From: a virus
Lineage: Duplodnaviria > Caudoviricetes
Strand: one strand, 5' to 3'
DNA length: 61,421 bases
Virus record (IMG/VR): IMGVR_UViG_3300017752_003321
Location: 1 to 61,421 of that record
A program made the position numbers and the translations under genes. Each line of letters begins with the position of its first letter. Position 1 is the stretch's first letter. A model generated the notes under the pieces. The model was given only the letters and a program-made list of their open reading frames with translations, made no database searches and had not been told where the DNA came from. Positions 58,177 to 61,421 of this stretch are shown here, piece after piece.

Positions 58177-58198
58177 TGTTATATGTATTTATACCAAA
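58177..58198 (-). promoter_or_regulatory. late promoter TTTGGTATAAATACATATAACA
   Basis: Exact TATAAATA followed by SD AGGAG and ATG 58158. Near-identical to 24923-24944. Confidence 0.75.
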
Positions 58199-58209
58199 AC
58201 AATGATAAC

Positions 58210-58524
58210 TTACTTTTTCTTTTTTGTAGGATTCTTTAAAAAAGCCCTAGTTTTTTTCTGTATATCCCGCTTTACTTTTGCTGTATTCAACCTAAAGTCC
58301 ACATGTTTAATGTCTTTGCCGTATTCATTAAAGAGTTCTGCTATAGTGTCATCTAAATTAGCGCCTGTACTGCGTTTGGCATTGCAATCTATTTCCCATA
58401 TCTTACCTTCTTTGAATTCAACTCTTATTGATTGAAGATAGTTTATGGGAATAGTTTGAATGTCTATGTCACGAAAAACCTCAGGCCAATGCCTAATTAC
58501 ATCATCAGGCAGTTGTTTTGGCAC
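58210..58524 (-). CDS. hypothetical protein
   Basis: Probable GTG start at 58524 (MPKQLPDDVIRHWPEVF), overlapping the upstream stop. Basic C-terminus. Confidence 0.65.
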   Translation of the reverse strand: MPKQLPDDVIRHWPEVFRDIDIQTIPINYLQSIRVEFKEGKIWEIDCNAKRSTGANLDDTIAELFNEYGKDIKHVDFRLNTAKVKRDIQKKTRAFLKNPTKKKK

Positions 58525-59164
58525 TAGTCTTCTTCTTTGTCGTAGGAACAAGCTCTTCAGCCTGTGCTCTAAGTGCCTTTGCTTCTTTGTATAATCTATC
58601 CGCATCACTTCTATATTTTGCGGCCAAGTCAGCATCAGTTAACACACCGTCTGTTGGTGCTTGTAATTTAGCGGCTTGTGCTTCAGCTACCACTGCCTTG
58701 TTAGTAGTGCTTGGCATTTCACTTACACTACCAGCTTCGGTAATACTTGTACCTTCTGGAAGTTCGTTTGGATCTTTCAGAGCTAAGTCTGCAATAGTTA
58801 CACCTCTTTGATCTGCAATGATTTTGTTTAACTCGTCTAAACCAACTTGTGTTGCAGTGTTAGGTGTCATCTCAACTTCTGTCATTGGAACAGCTTGAAG
58901 TTTTCCTGTGCTATGGAATCTTGCTAACATATTAGCACCGTCGCTAAGTTGTGTTCTTGCCATAACTTCAGAAAATTCAAAAGCAGTTTGTGCTGAGTTA
59001 CTTTCTACAGTTTTAATTAATGTATCGTGATCTGCATCGGTTAGTGTAGCAGTATCAATTACTAAAGCATTTGCAGGAGGATTTTCTCCTGGAATAACTC
59101 TGTAGGCTACTACAACCTTACGGTTGTTCTTTTTAAGTCTGCCTACGTGTTTAATTTCAGCCAT
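58505..59164 (-). CDS. hypothetical protein
   Basis: 219 aa, SD AGGAG, TAATG coupling, coiled-coil-like C-terminus. Confidence 0.75.
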   Translation of the reverse strand: MAEIKHVGRLKKNNRKVVVAYRVIPGENPPANALVIDTATLTDADHDTLIKTVESNSAQTAFEFSEVMARTQLSDGANMLARFHSTGKLQAVPMTEVEMTPNTATQVGLDELNKIIADQRGVTIADLALKDPNELPEGTSITEAGSVSEMPSTTNKAVVAEAQAAKLQAPTDGVLTDADLAAKYRSDADRLYKEAKALRAQAEELVPTTKKKTSAKTTA

Positions 59165-59460
59165 TACTTGTCTCCTTTAGGTGCCTCTGCCGCAGTTCCT
59201 TCTTTTTTAGCTTCTTCTTCAGCTTTTTGAACTGTCTGCAGGAAAGCATCTAGTTTGTTAAATGTTTTGCCAACGGCTTCCATTTCATTGGCTTTGAATG
59301 CACCTCTTTGCGATGCAACATCAATAATTGATCTAATTACACCAAGGTCTTGAACAGTAAGTTCAACCGGTGCAGTTGATACACCTGCTTGTGGTGCTTC
59401 ACCTGCTGGTGCCGCTGTCGGCGCCGCTTGAGCTTCTGCTGTTTTATTTTCTTCTGACAT
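59164..59460 (-). CDS. small helical hypothetical protein with Ala-rich termini
   Basis: ATG 59460 after AAGGAG. Core DL..I..IID.AS.RGAF.A.EM..VG..FNKL..FL. Confidence 0.75.
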   Translation of the reverse strand: MSEENKTAEAQAAPTAAPAGEAPQAGVSTAPVELTVQDLGVIRSIIDVASQRGAFKANEMEAVGKTFNKLDAFLQTVQKAEEEAKKEGTAAEAPKGDK

Positions 59461-59498
59461 ATTATTCACTCCTTATGTATTATATATGTACTTTATAT

Positions 59499-59777
59499 TT
59501 ATTTGTACTTTAAATGTGGACATGCTAAAACGAAATAGGACAGTTCTTTTGGATCCTCAAACCCTGCTCTAAGCACTGTATCTATCTTGTTTGATTTAGT
59601 TAAACTTACTGCCTTTTTAAGAAAGTATCTCTTTTTAAGGTTAGATTCTATCCACTTGCTAATAGCACTTTCCATATTGTATGATTGTGGTAGATCGATT
59701 GTCGTAAGATGTGGTGGCTCAAATTTAAGCCTTCTTATCTCAAAAAAGTCCTGGGCAGATATTTTGTTTGCTATCAA
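59499..59777 (-). CDS. hypothetical protein
   Basis: TTG start with SD GAGGAGG, overlapping the upstream TGA. Confidence 0.7.
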   Translation of the reverse strand: MIANKISAQDFFEIRRLKFEPPHLTTIDLPQSYNMESAISKWIESNLKKRYFLKKAVSLTKSNKIDTVLRAGFEDPKELSYFVLACPHLKYK

Positions 59778-61060
59778 CGTGCCTCCTCATAGTGAGCAGT
59801 TACACCAAATGGTGCTTTCGTATTCTTATCGTGATGACCATGTATAATGAATACTGTTTCACAGTAGTCCTCATCACCCCAACTACCAAATGGATAACCG
59901 TCTGTAAACATAATAAACTTCTTAGGTGTAATATTATGTTCTTTCATATACTCCCAATTAGTCATAAAGTCAGTACCGCCACCGCCTTGAATATCATAAT
60001 CAAGTAAGTCTTCACCACCGTCTCCGCTAAAGTCTGCCTCATTATAAACGGCAGTGTCAAAACACCATAATTTAATATTGTAGTCTTTGTACTCGTCCAT
60101 AATACCTTTAACTTCACTAAGAAATACTTTTGCTTGACTGTCACCAATTGAACCACTCATATCAATTCCAATAGCAACATCAATTGTATCCATAAAGTTC
60201 ATACCTGGAAGTATTGCACCAGTATGCCAACCTTTACGTGAAGGGCGACTAAATGTATAATCATTTCTAATTGTAGATTGTATTTGCTGTCGTAGTAGTT
60301 CACGCCAGTTCATTTTAGGTTCTGTAAGTTCTTTAATGATACGTTGCACCTCTGCAGGTGTGTTACCAGCACCGGCCGCCTGTGCAGAACTTATCATGTT
60401 TTCTTTAATCTCGTCACGTATTTTTTTAAGTTCTTCTTTAGAGTAAGTAGGTCTGCCTTCGCCTTTTCCATCTTTACCTTTTGCTTTTTTGTTGTCTTTG
60501 CCTTCAGGTTCTTTTTCCCAGTCAACATGTTCGTCAAGTAAGTCGCCTAGTTGTTTTAGATACTCTTGACCATTTTCTTCTGCTTGTTTAAATAGGTCAT
60601 CGTATACAGCCTCTGACATCCAACCTTCGTATTTGAAGTCTTGATAACACTTAACAATTTTTACCATTTCACCAATACGATCACGTACTAGTGTATTGTT
60701 AACGATGTAATCGCATGCGATGTTGTGTAATATTGGAATACGATCTTCTCTACGTGTAATATGATCAAAAACACAATGTAAAATCTCGTGTGCGATTACA
60801 AATTCTATTTCCTTATTGCTCATTGCATTAAAGAATTGTGTATTGTAAAATAAATGTCTTCCGTCTGTTGCGGCAGTAGGACACCAATCATCACAGTTTT
60901 TAACAATAAGCCTAGTAGCCATATTGCCAAAGAATGGATGTCTAAGTAGTAAACCAACACGAGCAACAATAATTCTATCAGCTACATCAATTCTCATAGC
61001 TTCTAATTCTTCTTTTGTAATGTCTGGATTTGGTTCAAAACCTTTTGTATCTATGCCCAT
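59774..61060 (-). CDS. HExxH metallopeptidase-like plus vWA-domain protein (DUF2201-like)
   Basis: TAATDG, AHEILH, NIACD..VN, then vWA IDMSGSI (DxSxS), FDT.V, GGGGTDF, FTDG. Confidence 0.88.
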   Translation of the reverse strand: MGIDTKGFEPNPDITKEELEAMRIDVADRIIVARVGLLLRHPFFGNMATRLIVKNCDDWCPTAATDGRHLFYNTQFFNAMSNKEIEFVIAHEILHCVFDHITRREDRIPILHNIACDYIVNNTLVRDRIGEMVKIVKCYQDFKYEGWMSEAVYDDLFKQAEENGQEYLKQLGDLLDEHVDWEKEPEGKDNKKAKGKDGKGEGRPTYSKEELKKIRDEIKENMISSAQAAGAGNTPAEVQRIIKELTEPKMNWRELLRQQIQSTIRNDYTFSRPSRKGWHTGAILPGMNFMDTIDVAIGIDMSGSIGDSQAKVFLSEVKGIMDEYKDYNIKLWCFDTAVYNEADFSGDGGEDLLDYDIQGGGGTDFMTNWEYMKEHNITPKKFIMFTDGYPFGSWGDEDYCETVFIIHGHHDKNTKAPFGVTAHYEEAR

Positions 61061-61094
61061 AATTTGTACTCCTTCAGTGCCTTATTGTTCTTAC

Positions 61095-61123
61095 AGTATA
61101 CTATATTTACTATCATATGTCAA
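61095..61123 (-). promoter_or_regulatory. sigma70 promoter upstream of the vWA gene
   Basis: Minus strand TTGACA (61123-61118), N17, TATACT (61100-61095), then SD GAAGGAG. Confidence 0.8.
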
Positions 61124-61137
61124 CAGTTTTGGTGAAA

Positions 61138-61200
61138 TATTGGGTAAGGTCTTACCAGCATAAGCCGTTGCCTTACCCAATACCACTGCGCCTTAGGCGC
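61138..61200 (-). terminator. intergenic double hairpin (terminator or structured RNA element)
   Basis: 12-bp perfect inverted repeat 61138-61149/61171-61182, plus GCGCC-TAA-GGCGC (61188-61200) around the upstream stop codon. Only a short U run follows. Confidence 0.5.
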
Positions 61201-61420
61201 TCTGTGCGGCTTGGATATACTTACCAAAACGCTCATGGAACTCATCAAAACACTCAACTTCATCTGGATCGATTGGAAGTGAGTATTGTGTAAGAGCAAG
61301 TTTGATACCCATAACAACTAATTCAGTATCAAAGTTATCCATTGCAAACCTTAAGAAGTTATTTACTTTGTTGTCAAACTTCTTATCGTTTTTATCGCAT
61401 GCGTCTTTAAGTTCATAGCA
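61193..61420 (-). CDS. C-terminal end of a probable MoxR-type AAA+ ATPase (5'-truncated)
   Basis: Not in the ORF track. Minus frame reads CYELKDACDKNDKKFDNKVNNFLRFAMDNFDTELVVMGIKLALTQYSLPIDPDEVECFDEFHERFGKYIQAAQSA*. ATPase call rests on the adjacent vWA gene; Walker motifs are outside the window. Confidence 0.55.
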   Translation of the reverse strand, partial: CYELKDACDKNDKKFDNKVNNFLRFAMDNFDTELVVMGIKLALTQYSLPIDPDEVECFDEFHERFGKYIQAAQSA

Positions 61421-61421
61421 A

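Noticed and set aside
61120-61317. 65-aa minus-strand ORF in the ORF track
   Set aside because: It is out of frame with the real truncated gene (61193-61420) and runs through the hairpin and promoter.
1-61421. Stop-codon reassignment, selenocysteine, introns or inteins
   Set aside because: TAA, TAG and TGA all end genes at natural overlaps, ORFs tile the window in the standard code, and I saw no splicing or homing-endonuclease motifs.
1-61421. CRISPR array, tRNA/rRNA genes, transposase or integrase
   Set aside because: Intergenic gaps are under ~135 bp, and I found no repeat-spacer pattern, cloverleaf or recombinase motifs. The 61131-61200 hairpin lacks tRNA arms.

Overview
This window is part of a large, AT-rich (by eye about one-third GC) T4-like/jumbo myovirus genome read in the standard genetic code. 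All functional calls come from motifs I recognised by eye, not from database searches. It has three blocks. (1) 1-27386 (+): a late structural module with a 5'-truncated baseplate protein carrying a GH19 lysozyme domain, a PAAR tip, gp25- and gp6-like wedge proteins, a 5024-aa multidomain virion protein, and three tail fibres sharing an N-terminal module. (2) 27421-56996: a ~30 kb enzyme island directly downstream. It holds 12 radical SAM enzymes (9 with Cys-rich auxiliary domains in three paralogous families, 3 cobalamin-binding), 4 DxD glycosyltransferase-like proteins, 4 2OG-Fe(II)/cupin oxygenases, a methyltransferase, a kinase-fold protein, a nitroreductase, a sulfotransferase, a GNAT, two PP-loop proteins and a TctA/TctC transporter pair lacking TctB. 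(3) 57025-61421 (-): another fibre-like gene, hypotheticals, an HExxH/vWA protein and the end of a probable MoxR-type AAA+ ATPase. The enzyme island is the strongest candidate for an undescribed system, possibly virion or cell-surface glycan tailoring or small-molecule biosynthesis. Sequence-level signals include apparent window-wide avoidance of GCWGC, TAAATA late promoters and near-perfect sigma70 promoters that appear to give leaderless mRNAs, a 21/22-bp promoter shared in inverted orientation by two fibre genes 33 kb apart, a GC-rich patch inside one radical SAM gene, and a structured intergenic hairpin.
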